Made by a program: the position numbers and the translations under genes
Virus record (IMG/VR): IMGVR_UViG_3300028048_003164
Location: 55,608 to 119,607 of that record
From: a virus
Taxonomy: Duplodnaviria > Caudoviricetes
Reading direction: 5' to 3' (one strand)
DNA: 64,000 nucleotides
Notes under the pieces: generated by a model
Seen by the model: the letters and a program-made list of their open reading frames with translations, nothing else
Told to the model about the DNA's origin: nothing
The model's database searches: none
Shown here: positions 54,698 through 64,000 of the stretch, one piece after another
Position numbering within the stretch: position 1 is the first letter of the stretch
Layout of the letters: the number at the start of each line of letters is the position of its first letter

Positions 54698-56404
54698 ATG
54701 GCAACGAACATAGACCGTCTAAAAAACAAGATACAGAATGGTGGCTTAACGGCACAGGGAAAGCTCTCTGCCGAAGAGTTCAACCTGCTCGTTGAGGAAG
54801 AAATAACCGTTATCGAGAAAACAAAGATAGCCGCCTATCTCGGTGCGGATGATGGCAGCGGTGGATATATAGACGAGGGTGGACAGCCCGTTGACCTTTC
54901 CGACTATGCGAAGAAAACCGACCTTGCTGCCAAGCAGGACACGTTGCAGAGCGGTGTGAACATTAAGACCATCAACGGTGAAACCATCCTCGGTTCGGGA
55001 AATATCTCCATCAGCGGTGGCAGCGGTGGCGGCGGTGACGTGAACGTTATCGAGAGTATCTCCGTCAATGGCACGGCACAGGCGGTGACCAACAAAAATG
55101 TCGATATTTCAGTGCCTACAGACCTCTCCGACCTCACCGAAGATACTACCCACAGGACGGTTACGGACACGGAAAAGAGTACGTGGAATGGCAAGCAGGC
55201 AGCTCTCGTGTCGGGTTCAAACATAAAGACTGTCAATGGCGAGAGTATCTTAGGCTCTGGGAATATATCTGTCAGCGGTGGAACGGGTGGAGATGCAAAT
55301 GTCATAGAGTCTATCACGTTCAATGGCAATTCTGTACCCGTTACGAACAAGAACGCTGCGATAACGGTATCTATTCCTTCTGCACTCTCCGACCTTACTG
55401 CCGATTCTACACACCGTGTGGTAACAGACACGGAAAAAAGCACTTGGAACTCAAAACAGGCGGCATTGGAGAGTGGCACGAACATTAAGACCATTAACGG
55501 AGAGTCTATTCTCGGCAGCGGAAACATATCGGTCTCTGGCGCTTCGGGCGGTGAGGCTAACGTCATAGAGTCCGTCAAGGTCAACGGAACGGCACTTTCC
55601 GTAACGAACAAAGCTGTTGACATAACGGCAGTACCCGCAGGTATCGTCACACAGGACACGACACACAGGATGGTGAGTGATACGGAGAAGTCAACTTGGA
55701 ACGGCAAGGCTAACGCATCCGATTTAGGCAGTTACCTACCGCTGACGGGAGGAACGGTGACGGGTACGATACAGTTTGGCAGCAGTTCAAGTACATATAT
55801 AAAGTCAGCCGATAACGGTGACACTTTGGCCATTTGCGGGGCGGAACTGATTAGGTTTTGTACGAGTCTCGATATGGGAAGCAACAATATCGAAAATGGT
55901 GGTACTATTACAGCATTTTCCTTTGTAAAGGATAACGGCACTTCTTCGCAGTTCCTTAAAGCCGATGGCTCTGTGGATAGTAACACGTATCTCACGACCG
56001 AGACAGACCCCACCGTCCCCTCATGGGCAAAACAGGCAACCAAACCGACATATACGGCGAGCGAGGTGGGAGCATTGCCCGCAAGTACCACCATTCCATC
56101 GGCACTCAGCGACCTATCAGACGATTCTTCCCACAGAACGGTATCCGATACGGAGAAAAGTGCATGGAACGCCAAGACGAGCAACACGGGAACGATAACG
56201 AAGGTGACGACAACGGCAGGAGCGCACACGGCGGTCAACGTTTCATCGGGGGCAGTGTCCTTCAACGTTCCGACAGCCACAAGCCACCTTACCAATGATT
56301 CGGGATTCGTGACATCATCATCCATGGTGACGGTCTACTCGGGCTCGTCAGCACCGAGCAGTTCCCTCGGCAGTAACGGAGATATATACATACAGACATC
56401 ATGA
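54698..56404 (+). CDS. Tail fibre-like protein with three tandem ~88-aa repeats
   Basis: KQ..L.SG.NIKT.NGE.ILGSGNI...NVIES...THR.V.DTEKSTWN x3; YLPLTGGT; C-terminal APSS.LG.NGDIYIQ. Confidence 0.8.
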   Translation: MATNIDRLKNKIQNGGLTAQGKLSAEEFNLLVEEEITVIEKTKIAAYLGADDGSGGYIDEGGQPVDLSDYAKKTDLAAKQDTLQSGVNIKTINGETILGSGNISISGGSGGGGDVNVIESISVNGTAQAVTNKNVDISVPTDLSDLTEDTTHRTVTDTEKSTWNGKQAALVSGSNIKTVNGESILGSGNISVSGGTGGDANVIESITFNGNSVPVTNKNAAITVSIPSALSDLTADSTHRVVTDTEKSTWNSKQAALESGTNIKTINGESILGSGNISVSGASGGEANVIESVKVNGTALSVTNKAVDITAVPAGIVTQDTTHRMVSDTEKSTWNGKANASDLGSYLPLTGGTVTGTIQFGSSSSTYIKSADNGDTLAICGAELIRFCTSLDMGSNNIENGGTITAFSFVKDNGTSSQFLKADGSVDSNTYLTTETDPTVPSWAKQATKPTYTASEVGALPASTTIPSALSDLSDDSSHRTVSDTEKSAWNAKTSNTGTITKVTTTAGAHTAVNVSSGAVSFNVPTATSHLTNDSGFVTSSSMVTVYSGSSAPSSSLGSNGDIYIQTS

Positions 56405-57786
56405 GCAGGACGATAAACGTAAACGAGACCATTACAAGTGACATCACGGGGTATGATGAGAGCGACCACTCTTATTATGCCATCAGCAGTGCGGCAAACG
56501 GCTACGACGGTTCGAGCAGCACAGACTATGCGAGCATCAACCTCACACGTGGCAGTCGTGCTGAGAGTTATGTGTACTGGGAGTTTACGCTTCCCGAAGT
56601 TCCCGCAGGTGCGACTATAGAAAGCATCACCTGTAACTACAAGGCACGTGTCAGCAATTCCTCAACGAGCTATATCAGTGCTGCCACCATACAACTGTAT
56701 TCGGGAACGACTGCTAAGGGTAGCAGCGAGAGCATAAGGACGACGAGCACAAGCGTCGCTGACATAAGTTCCCCCGGTACATGGACAGCAGCCGAGGTGA
56801 ACGCAGGCGTAAGGCTAATGACGCACGGCACAAGAGGAACGAGCCGCACGACGAGCAACTATTACATCTATTTCTATGGTGCGGACATCAGTATCACCTA
56901 CTCACTGAACGGTACGGCCTACGAAATAACGGCAACGAGCAACGTGAGCGGCGTTACCATATCCCCTGCCTCGCAGGAGGTAATACAGGGCGGTAGCGGC
57001 AGCGTGACGGTAAGCAGCAAGACAGATGTGGTAATCACAGACAACGGGAACGATGTAACTTCCAGTTTCGTCAGTGCGAGCGACACACTTACTGCCGTTC
57101 CTCAGTCGCAGACACACAGTGGCCTTGACGGTGGAGAGTCCTACTCAGCCTATGCCGTGGGATATAGTGCGGAAGACCCGAACAGTTCAACGGGTAATAT
57201 GTACGCAGCGAGCGGTTCTACGGGATATGTGGATTACAGTTTCGATTTCAGTGCTATTCCCAGCGGTGCCGTCATTAATGACGTGGAGGTAAGGCTGTAT
57301 GGTAAGAGAGAGAGTTCTTCGACCGATTCTTCTCACATGGCAGAGGTGTCCCTCTATAGCGGCTCCACGAAGAAGGGAACGGAACAGGAGTTTACCTCCA
57401 CCTCCAACTACGTGATGACGCTGGATGATATTGGCACATGGACGGCTGATGAGTTGCACAGCGCGAAGGTGCGTTTTACCGTCGCCTACTATGGCGGTGG
57501 AATATCGGGTATCTCATGGGAGGTAACCTACGAGATAAACGGATTCATGTACACCATTACCAATGTACAGGCAGACCATACGATACTCGTCAGTGCCGTG
57601 GCTACGGGCAACACGATAATGATTAAGTCGGGCGGTCAGTGGAAAAAGGCGCAGAAGGTGTTCGTCAAGGTCAACGGCACATGGCAGCAGGTGACGAAAG
57701 TAATGAAGAAAACGAACGGATCGTGGGTGCAGTCCTCTGACATCAGCGATATGTTCCAACAGAATAGTAACCTAATGAAAGGATAA
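56401..57786 (+). CDS. Fibre-tip / receptor-binding candidate with a duplicated beta domain
   Basis: Two F....P.GA.I....LYSG.T.KG...GTWTA.E domains; C-terminal K..G.WK...V.VKVNG.W. Confidence 0.7.
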   Translation: MSRTINVNETITSDITGYDESDHSYYAISSAANGYDGSSSTDYASINLTRGSRAESYVYWEFTLPEVPAGATIESITCNYKARVSNSSTSYISAATIQLYSGTTAKGSSESIRTTSTSVADISSPGTWTAAEVNAGVRLMTHGTRGTSRTTSNYYIYFYGADISITYSLNGTAYEITATSNVSGVTISPASQEVIQGGSGSVTVSSKTDVVITDNGNDVTSSFVSASDTLTAVPQSQTHSGLDGGESYSAYAVGYSAEDPNSSTGNMYAASGSTGYVDYSFDFSAIPSGAVINDVEVRLYGKRESSSTDSSHMAEVSLYSGSTKKGTEQEFTSTSNYVMTLDDIGTWTADELHSAKVRFTVAYYGGGISGISWEVTYEINGFMYTITNVQADHTILVSAVATGNTIMIKSGGQWKKAQKVFVKVNGTWQQVTKVMKKTNGSWVQSSDISDMFQQNSNLMKG

Positions 57787-57791
57787 GAGAT

Positions 57792-58019
57792 ATGGCAGAC
57801 ACAGTAACGATACCAGTCAAGTGGCTCAAGGACGACAATGGGAATTATATCTTTCCCCGTACACATATCAACGCCGTCAAGGACGACTATGGCAACTCCC
57901 TCTCGACACTCATCAACACACAGAATAAAGTGCTCGTCACCGAGGAACAGATGGAACAGATGATAGCCAACCGCACATGGGAGGCAGGTGTGACATATTA
58001 TAGCGTAGAGGATGAATGA
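57792..58019 (+). CDS. Small tail-associated protein
   Basis: LKD..G...FP.TH..AV motif. Confidence 0.7.
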   Translation: MADTVTIPVKWLKDDNGNYIFPRTHINAVKDDYGNSLSTLINTQNKVLVTEEQMEQMIANRTWEAGVTYYSVEDE

Positions 58020-58171
58020 TTTGGGTTAACGGGAAGAAGGTATCGTCAATGCTCATTGGCGGCAGATACGTGTCAATGATGTGGTATAACGGGCATCTTA
58101 TATGGGGTAAGCTGACCTATGACAGCGCATGGTTCAGGTCGGAGGGCTATTTCCAATCAGAACCGTGGTAA
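58016..58171 (+). CDS. Small tail-associated protein
   Basis: Manual translation, 51 aa (MIWVNGKKVSSMLIGGRYV..MWYNGHLIW...W); ATGA overlap. Confidence 0.65.
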   Translation: MIWVNGKKVSSMLIGGRYVSMMWYNGHLIWGKLTYDSAWFRSEGYFQSEPW

Positions 58172-58195
58172 ACAATAAACAAACAGAAACAAGAT

Positions 58196-61100
58196 ATGGC
58201 AAAAAAGATTGTTATAGAAGGTAGTAATCTCCTTGGAAACCTCTCCGACGACTGGGGAGGACAGAACAACACAGGTTCGGCACAGAATATTCATGGCACG
58301 ACTGTTCCTGCGGGTGCCGAATGGGGTATGAACCGAGGGGAGGTGGAGCGTTTCGTCAAAGATCAACTTGCCCAGTTACGTTCCCTTCTCGGCTCTATTG
58401 TTTCAGAGAAATTCGGAGCAGCCACTTATAGACAAGGCACTATCTATTTTTATGACGAGGAAGGTGGTACGGTCATCAATACTTTAACGTTGAGCGGAAC
58501 TATCTACACCATCAATGTAGCGATGAACGTAGAGCCTGTATTCTCCGTGCTTACAGGAGACGAGAACAAGTATATCACCATCACACCGACCACCAAGGCT
58601 GGCGCACTCGGTGAGGAAGGCGTGGACTTCGCAGAGAACTACACATATATAGTTGCCATCGACACGGGCAGCGGCTATGTCAACCGCTTCAACGGAAATA
58701 TTGCGTCGGGAGGTTCCGCAACGTTCGATATAAGGGCGTTTCTCGCCGTGGGTACGAACAAGGTGCGTGTCTCCGTCACGGGTACGGAGTCCAATCAGAC
58801 CAAGACATCTATCCTTACGGCTACTCTTACCAGCCTCTCGCTCAACTGTACGCACACGTGGTACACACCGTGGAACGTCGGCGAGGACTACGTTATCAAC
58901 AATATATATTTCAGCGGCTCAATCCAAAAGACGCTCCATGTCAAACTCGGAGAGACGGAGTGGACGAAGACCTACCGTGCCAACGAGAACTATGCCACCA
59001 TCGCCACGAACTACACCATCCCTGCCTCTGCGTTCCCTGCCACCACGGAATCTGGCGTGCATACCGTGGAGTTGTGGATGACTGGCGAAGGTGTATCGAC
59101 TGAACATATCTCGTTCAATATCATGTGTCTGCAAGACGGGGACACCACACCGCTTATCTGTATCAACAACGTGGCTACCGCTGCGGTCAACTTTACGCAG
59201 GCCTCCCTGTTCTCGTTTGCTACGATCAATGCTACCAGTGTCGAGATCGCTTCCTCTGTGTCGGCTGACGGTACACACGTTCTGCCATCGCAGACACTCG
59301 CTGTCGAAGACGGGCAGGTATATACCTTTGCTACGGCTCTTGAGGTCGATACGGAGGCAGAGGACGGAACGCTCACCGCTACGGCCACGGCCATGAAGGG
59401 AGATGTGACTGGTATCAGCTACGGTGTCACCATGCCGCTTGACAACTCACTGGCATTCCTTGCTACATCAGGTGCGAAGATATATATCAACGAGGCTCTG
59501 CGTGCAAACACGGAGAGTGACAGGGAGTCGCTGCGCAATACGGCTCAGAACGCAGAGGTGACGGACTACCCGATGATTACCTCTGGCTTTACCTGGTCAA
59601 CTGACGGACACGCCACCGATCCCGAGGGACACAAGGCATTCGTCGTACCTGCCGGTTGCTCCATCCATGTGCCGACTCTTTCACCAACAACACTGATGGG
59701 TGAGCAGGGCATGACACTGGAGTTTATGATACGTTCTCGCAATATTGCAGATTATGACACGCCTCTCCTCTCTTTCGTTACCGCCAATGCATCAGGTAAC
59801 GTTGAGGGAATACGTGTTTATCCTACACAGATAGAGGTGCTTGGAACACAGGAACGTTCGGAGGTGTTACAGTCATGTGGACTTTGCGAGGATTCAATAA
59901 CTCACATCTGCCTTGTTTTGCAAAAGAACTATGCTGGTGTAGCAGGTCGCAACCTCGCATCACTTTATATAAATGGTATAGCCAACGTATCATTCTCGTT
60001 CGGCTCTACCTCTACTTTCGGAACAGGCGGCATGATTTTCGGGCAGGATAAGACGGACTCTTATCTTTATATGCTCCGTGCCTATGACTTCCCGCTGGAG
60101 GGTCAGATGATCAAGGCGAACTTCCTGAATGCCATTATCGACGGTGTGGAGTTTGACCGTGCGTTAGTGCGAGATAAAGACAATATCCTCGATGGTGCTA
60201 CTGTCGCCTACGACCTCGTAAAGGCTCTCGGATATAACTGTATGGTCATTGAGCCTGACAACGACGGGGATAACATACCCGCCTTTAACAACCAGACCAC
60301 CATACAATGCTCGGTGCGTTTTGAGTACTGGGGTGTCAACCCTCTGTGGAACGTACTTATAAAACACGTACCTCTCGATGGGCAGGGAACGACCTCAAAG
60401 AAATACTACCGTTGGAATCTACGTGGAAAGTTTGCCAAGACCTGTGAGTGGTACTACTCCGATGGTAATGGAGAATACCAGGATACTGCGACATTTGTTG
60501 GCAAGAAGGGCTACATGGACGGCGGAGAGAACGGACAGGCGCACTTGAAGATTGATCGCTTTACCGCCAAAAAGAATATCGCATCTTCTCAGCAAGGCCA
60601 CAAGATGGGTGCGTGTGCCATGTATGACGAGGTGTTTGCGCAGATGGGACTGAAAGCCCACATGCCGAACGCTAACTGGCGCATTGCCGTATGGCAGTAC
60701 CCGTTCCTCGGATTCCGAAAGTACAGCAATGGCACGTATGAGTTCATCGGTCTTTACACCGCTGGCCCCGACAAGGGCTGTAAGAGTTCCTTCGGGTATG
60801 ACGGAGAAACCTATCCAGCCTGTATGTGTATCGAGGGTCCGAACCATGACCCTCGTGGAACACGATTCCTGCATCCGTGGGTAGACGTGGACTACGATTA
60901 CAACAACGAGGAAACGCTGACGATTGGCGGTCAGGAGGCATGGGACTGCGATTTCTGCCAATATGAGACCAAGTATGTGAAGGAAGAGTCTGCGGAATGG
61001 AACGCACAGAACAAGGCGAATATCCTCGCCCTTTATGAGACGGAATGGCGACCAGCCTACGACCTTGTGTACCACTGCTCACAATGGATTGAGAGCCTTG

Positions 61101-64000
61101 CCGATACTGGTTATGCGTCTGTGGCTGCCATCAATGCCGATATCAATAATTTCCTCCGTCAGTCGACCAACGGCGTGAGCAATATGCTGCTCTCATTCTA
61201 TGACAGCAATTACAACATCGTCTATTACCGCACGTCAACGGGACTGTTCGATACCCTTATACGTGAGGATAATGACGCACAGGACGGCCTGTGGAACATA
61301 AGGACGTATCTTAGCACCTACCTCACCACGTCAACACCCACCACGGCGCAGATTAAGGCCGCACGTCGGGCGAAATTCCGTGCCGAGTGGAGTAACTATT
61401 TTGATGTCGATTCTACACTCTCACACCGCAACTACACGCTTCTGACGGGTGCAAAGGATAACGATGCCAAAAACAGCTATCCGTTCAAGCACCTCTCTTT
61501 GGCACAAGGAGGCCGTTGGATGTGGAAACAGGACGACCTCGACTCCATCCTTAAGACTGATAATAACGGTCAGGGAACTGTAAAGTACAGCGTTGAGCCG
61601 GGCGACCTCAATAATGGTGTGCAAATATTCCAGGGCTGTGACTCTTCGCTGTGGAACTTAATATGGGTGGAGTTCCAAACGGAGCTTCGCAACAATATGG
61701 TTGCTATGTGTTCGGCTATGGAGACGATAGCACGTTCCAAGGGCATCGCAGGGCAGTACCTCCATGAGAGCGTGTATAACCTCATGGCGTACTATTTCTT
61801 TACCAACAGCGCCAAATACTTCCCGATCACTGCATATCAGGAGGACAGGAAGTACGGCTACATCGAGCCGTGGCTCATTGACCCCACACAGGCCTATAAC
61901 GGTGTCTATCCGCTTACACAGGCACTTGGAGACCGATACCAGGAGGAACGTCTGTGGATAGAGCGACGCATCGTATATATCTTCTCTAAGTATCGTATCG
62001 GAGCGTTCACGGGACAAAACGCAGGATGGGGAGAGATGTCGTTTACCCTTGCCGCCAATATGCCGTTCACCTTCAATGTCACACCTGCCATCGACCTCTA
62101 TCCAGTCGCTAATGCTGGTGGTAGTGAGCAGGGCGACGTGCAAGGCGCAAGAACCATTGCAGGAGGAACGACGCAGATAACCCTGCAGTCAAGTGGTGCT
62201 ACGACCAACTATATCAAGGGCGTTGACTGGTTGCAATCGTTAGGCGACCTTAGCGGATTGGTACTGACCTCTCGTGGTGGTAGCTCGGAGGTTAACTTCT
62301 CGGTGGTTTCCAAGCGTATGCAGACATTGAAAGTTGGTGATGCTGACCCAAGTAATGTACATTTCAACGCAACGACGCTGACTGTCAGCGGTGAGTGTTT
62401 TGAGGTTATTGACGCACGGAACGTTACCACGCTGACAAGTGCCATCAATCTCACGACTTGTCCCCGGTTAAGAAAAGCCCTCTTCGGTGGCTCTACGGCA
62501 ACGGGTTTACTGCTGCCCGAAGGATCACGAGTCAATGAGGTGTCGTTCCCCAACTCCGTGCCTACGCTGTTCTTGCACTCGCTCGGTAGTCTCACTGACG
62601 CAAATATGACACTTTCACCTGCCGCACGTGCTACGATAGTAGGCTACTACTTCAACCGATGCCCATTGCTTAATCCAGTGTCTATCTTACAGAGCATCGT
62701 CGATACGACTAACAACTCACTCGGCTATGTTACGATGATGTGGGACGGAACGATGGAGATTACCACCGCAGACGTGAAGGCTCTTATCAAGCTGTCGGAA
62801 ATGAACTTCGGTAGTGTGACATATGTAAATGGTGTTATTGCCAACGACGGAAACACATCGGCTATAGTAAGGGGAACGGTGCATATCAATGGTATCACGG
62901 AGCAAGATTATGACGCCCTTGTAGCTGCCTTCCCTAACCTTACCGTCCTCTACGATAAAAAATACCTCTGCTTTGAAGATGACCGTGTTTGGGAAATCTG
63001 TTCGTACAACTGGGGAGAAACCTATGACCTTCAAGAGCTCGACGATAAGAACAGACCGATGGTCGGAACATACGAGGAGGTGCTTGATATGGGTACACTG
63101 TCCGCTAACACAATCATCAACAACGCCAACGGTGAGACAACTGCGCAGACGGGTAGAACAGCTACTGACTTCATCGATATCAGTGACTATCAGAACGTCA
63201 AGGCAAGCGTGGCCCTTTCAAACAGCGCCTTCTACGACAACACGCAGACATACATGTCTGCCGCCAATATCACGACAAGCTATCTCGCTATCCCCGAAGG
63301 AGCGCAGTATATCCGTCTGTCTGGCTATAATGCTGACATGGACAGCGCCGTACTTACAGGTCAGTGGGCGAATGACAAGACCGTTGGCGGCCATGGCGGT
63401 GTAGTAGGATCAGGAACACTCGAAGGAGGTCAAGAGGAAGGATATATGTATTCCGATTATTTCTTCGCCTGTTCAACTGCTATCGGTGCTCATGGTGGAA
63501 TACCTGCAACGGCAGCAAGGACTGTCAAATACAGAGTAGAATGGGAAGTTACTGGTGCCACCCCGACACTTGAAGGTGCACCGTGGGAGATACCACCTCA
63601 GAGCGCAACAACAAATAACTGTCTTTGGGTTGGTCAGTACACGTCTGCAATGGCATCTACGGCTCTTATGACCATTACTGCTGAGAACTGGGAAAGCGCC
63701 GAGTTCTGGGCAAGTCAGGAATCAATCATCAGCGACGGTGACGGTAAGTTCCATACATACGTGACATGTACAAATGCCTGTCAGTATTTGAGAGTATTCA
63801 TGCGTGCAGTTGCCGGTGTTACCGTTAAGTTTAAGATCGTATCTGTTGGAGTTACAAAGCTTCCTGCTGGTATTACTTTGGAGCAATGCGCTGCAGTTAC
63901 TTCGCTGCAGACTAAATTTAAAAATAACACACTGATTACTAAGTTTAATGAATTGGGGCGATTTACAGGTCTTATTTATATGGCCGAAAATGCATTTTAT
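58196..64000 (+). CDS. Giant virion protein (>1,935 aa, truncated): Ig-like, LamG-like, CotH-kinase-like and LRR regions
   Basis: Starts MAKKIVIEG; same frame gives sensible translation at 60362, 61442 and the window end (...FNELGRFTGL...ENAFY); absent from the ORF track, consistent with no stop in the window. Confidence 0.85.
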   Translation, partial: MAKKIVIEGSNLLGNLSDDWGGQNNTGSAQNIHGTTVPAGAEWGMNRGEVERFVKDQLAQLRSLLGSIVSEKFGAATYRQGTIYFYDEEGGTVINTLTLSGTIYTINVAMNVEPVFSVLTGDENKYITITPTTKAGALGEEGVDFAENYTYIVAIDTGSGYVNRFNGNIASGGSATFDIRAFLAVGTNKVRVSVTGTESNQTKTSILTATLTSLSLNCTHTWYTPWNVGEDYVINNIYFSGSIQKTLHVKLGETEWTKTYRANENYATIATNYTIPASAFPATTESGVHTVELWMTGEGVSTEHISFNIMCLQDGDTTPLICINNVATAAVNFTQASLFSFATINATSVEIASSVSADGTHVLPSQTLAVEDGQVYTFATALEVDTEAEDGTLTATATAMKGDVTGISYGVTMPLDNSLAFLATSGAKIYINEALRANTESDRESLRNTAQNAEVTDYPMITSGFTWSTDGHATDPEGHKAFVVPAGCSIHVPTLSPTTLMGEQGMTLEFMIRSRNIADYDTPLLSFVTANASGNVEGIRVYPTQIEVLGTQERSEVLQSCGLCEDSITHICLVLQKNYAGVAGRNLASLYINGIANVSFSFGSTSTFGTGGMIFGQDKTDSYLYMLRAYDFPLEGQMIKANFLNAIIDGVEFDRALVRDKDNILDGATVAYDLVKALGYNCMVIEPDNDGDNIPAFNNQTTIQCSVRFEYWGVNPLWNVLIKHVPLDGQGTTSKKYYRWNLRGKFAKTCEWYYSDGNGEYQDTATFVGKKGYMDGGENGQAHLKIDRFTAKKNIASSQQGHKMGACAMYDEVFAQMGLKAHMPNANWRIAVWQYPFLGFRKYSNGTYEFIGLYTAGPDKGCKSSFGYDGETYPACMCIEGPNHDPRGTRFLHPWVDVDYDYNNEETLTIGGQEAWDCDFCQYETKYVKEESAEWNAQNKANILALYETEWRPAYDLVYHCSQWIESLADTGYASVAAINADINNFLRQSTNGVSNMLLSFYDSNYNIVYYRTSTGLFDTLIREDNDAQDGLWNIRTYLSTYLTTSTPTTAQIKAARRAKFRAEWSNYFDVDSTLSHRNYTLLTGAKDNDAKNSYPFKHLSLAQGGRWMWKQDDLDSILKTDNNGQGTVKYSVEPGDLNNGVQIFQGCDSSLWNLIWVEFQTELRNNMVAMCSAMETIARSKGIAGQYLHESVYNLMAYYFFTNSAKYFPITAYQEDRKYGYIEPWLIDPTQAYNGVYPLTQALGDRYQEERLWIERRIVYIFSKYRIGAFTGQNAGWGEMSFTLAANMPFTFNVTPAIDLYPVANAGGSEQGDVQGARTIAGGTTQITLQSSGATTNYIKGVDWLQSLGDLSGLVLTSRGGSSEVNFSVVSKRMQTLKVGDADPSNVHFNATTLTVSGECFEVIDARNVTTLTSAINLTTCPRLRKALFGGSTATGLLLPEGSRVNEVSFPNSVPTLFLHSLGSLTDANMTLSPAARATIVGYYFNRCPLLNPVSILQSIVDTTNNSLGYVTMMWDGTMEITTADVKALIKLSEMNFGSVTYVNGVIANDGNTSAIVRGTVHINGITEQDYDALVAAFPNLTVLYDKKYLCFEDDRVWEICSYNWGETYDLQELDDKNRPMVGTYEEVLDMGTLSANTIINNANGETTAQTGRTATDFIDISDYQNVKASVALSNSAFYDNTQTYMSAANITTSYLAIPEGAQYIRLSGYNADMDSAVLTGQWANDKTVGGHGGVVGSGTLEGGQEEGYMYSDYFFACSTAIGAHGGIPATAARTVKYRVEWEVTGATPTLEGAPWEIPPQSATTNNCLWVGQYTSAMASTALMTITAENWESAEFWASQESIISDGDGKFHTYVTCTNACQYLRVFMRAVAGVTVKFKIVSVGVTKLPAGITLEQCAAVTSLQTKFKNNTLITKFNELGRFTGLIYMAENAFY

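Noticed and set aside
58157-63404. Many short ORFs listed on both strands (and similar antisense ORFs elsewhere)
   Set aside because: Shadow frames of long genuine genes, here the unlisted 58196->end ORF
1-64000. Genome-wide TAG stop-codon reassignment
   Set aside because: Very long ORFs are open in the standard code and several genes end in TAG right before the next start (12892, 47756); only one suspicious TAG was found
54698-64000. Diversity-generating retroelement or invertible fibre cassette
   Set aside because: No reverse transcriptase, recombinase or adenine-specific TR/VR pair seen; the repeats are in-frame protein repeats

Overview
This window is 64 kb of a large tailed dsDNA phage (or prophage), most likely a siphovirus of a Bacteroidales/Prevotella-type host. 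The host call rests on many TAnnTTTG(-7)/TTG(-33) promoters and a Bacteroidetes-type MetK; the tail call rests on a tail tube gene, a ~2,130-aa tape measure and no sheath gene. Layout: 1-2.1 kb is an AT-rich leftward block. 2.5-22.9 kb is a rightward array of ~50 small early/accessory genes, including a Gly/Met-rich protein + vWA + divergent adenylosuccinate-synthetase operon, two RpoA-CTD-like proteins, an AEP-like protein, an ABC-type ATPase, ASCH and DUF559. It is followed by a silent IS200/IS605 TnpB-only insertion, an inverted portal unit, a metK...mtnN SAM-cycle operon, and head/neck/tail genes that include a glycosyltransferase. A 4.5-kb moron (HTH + unknown-function cassette + GIY-YIG/RAMA nuclease) separates the tail chaperone from the tape measure. 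Then come tail, lysis and fibre genes and a >1,935-aa protein with LamG, CotH-kinase-like and LRR regions that runs off the end. Non-coding highlights are two homologous 'promoter + structured leader ... long hairpin' cassettes, a late-promoter motif, two tRNA-like RNAs and a kissing-loop attenuator. No terminase, integrase, DNA polymerase, CRISPR array or reverse transcriptase is visible. All family assignments come from motif recognition by eye; no searches were run.
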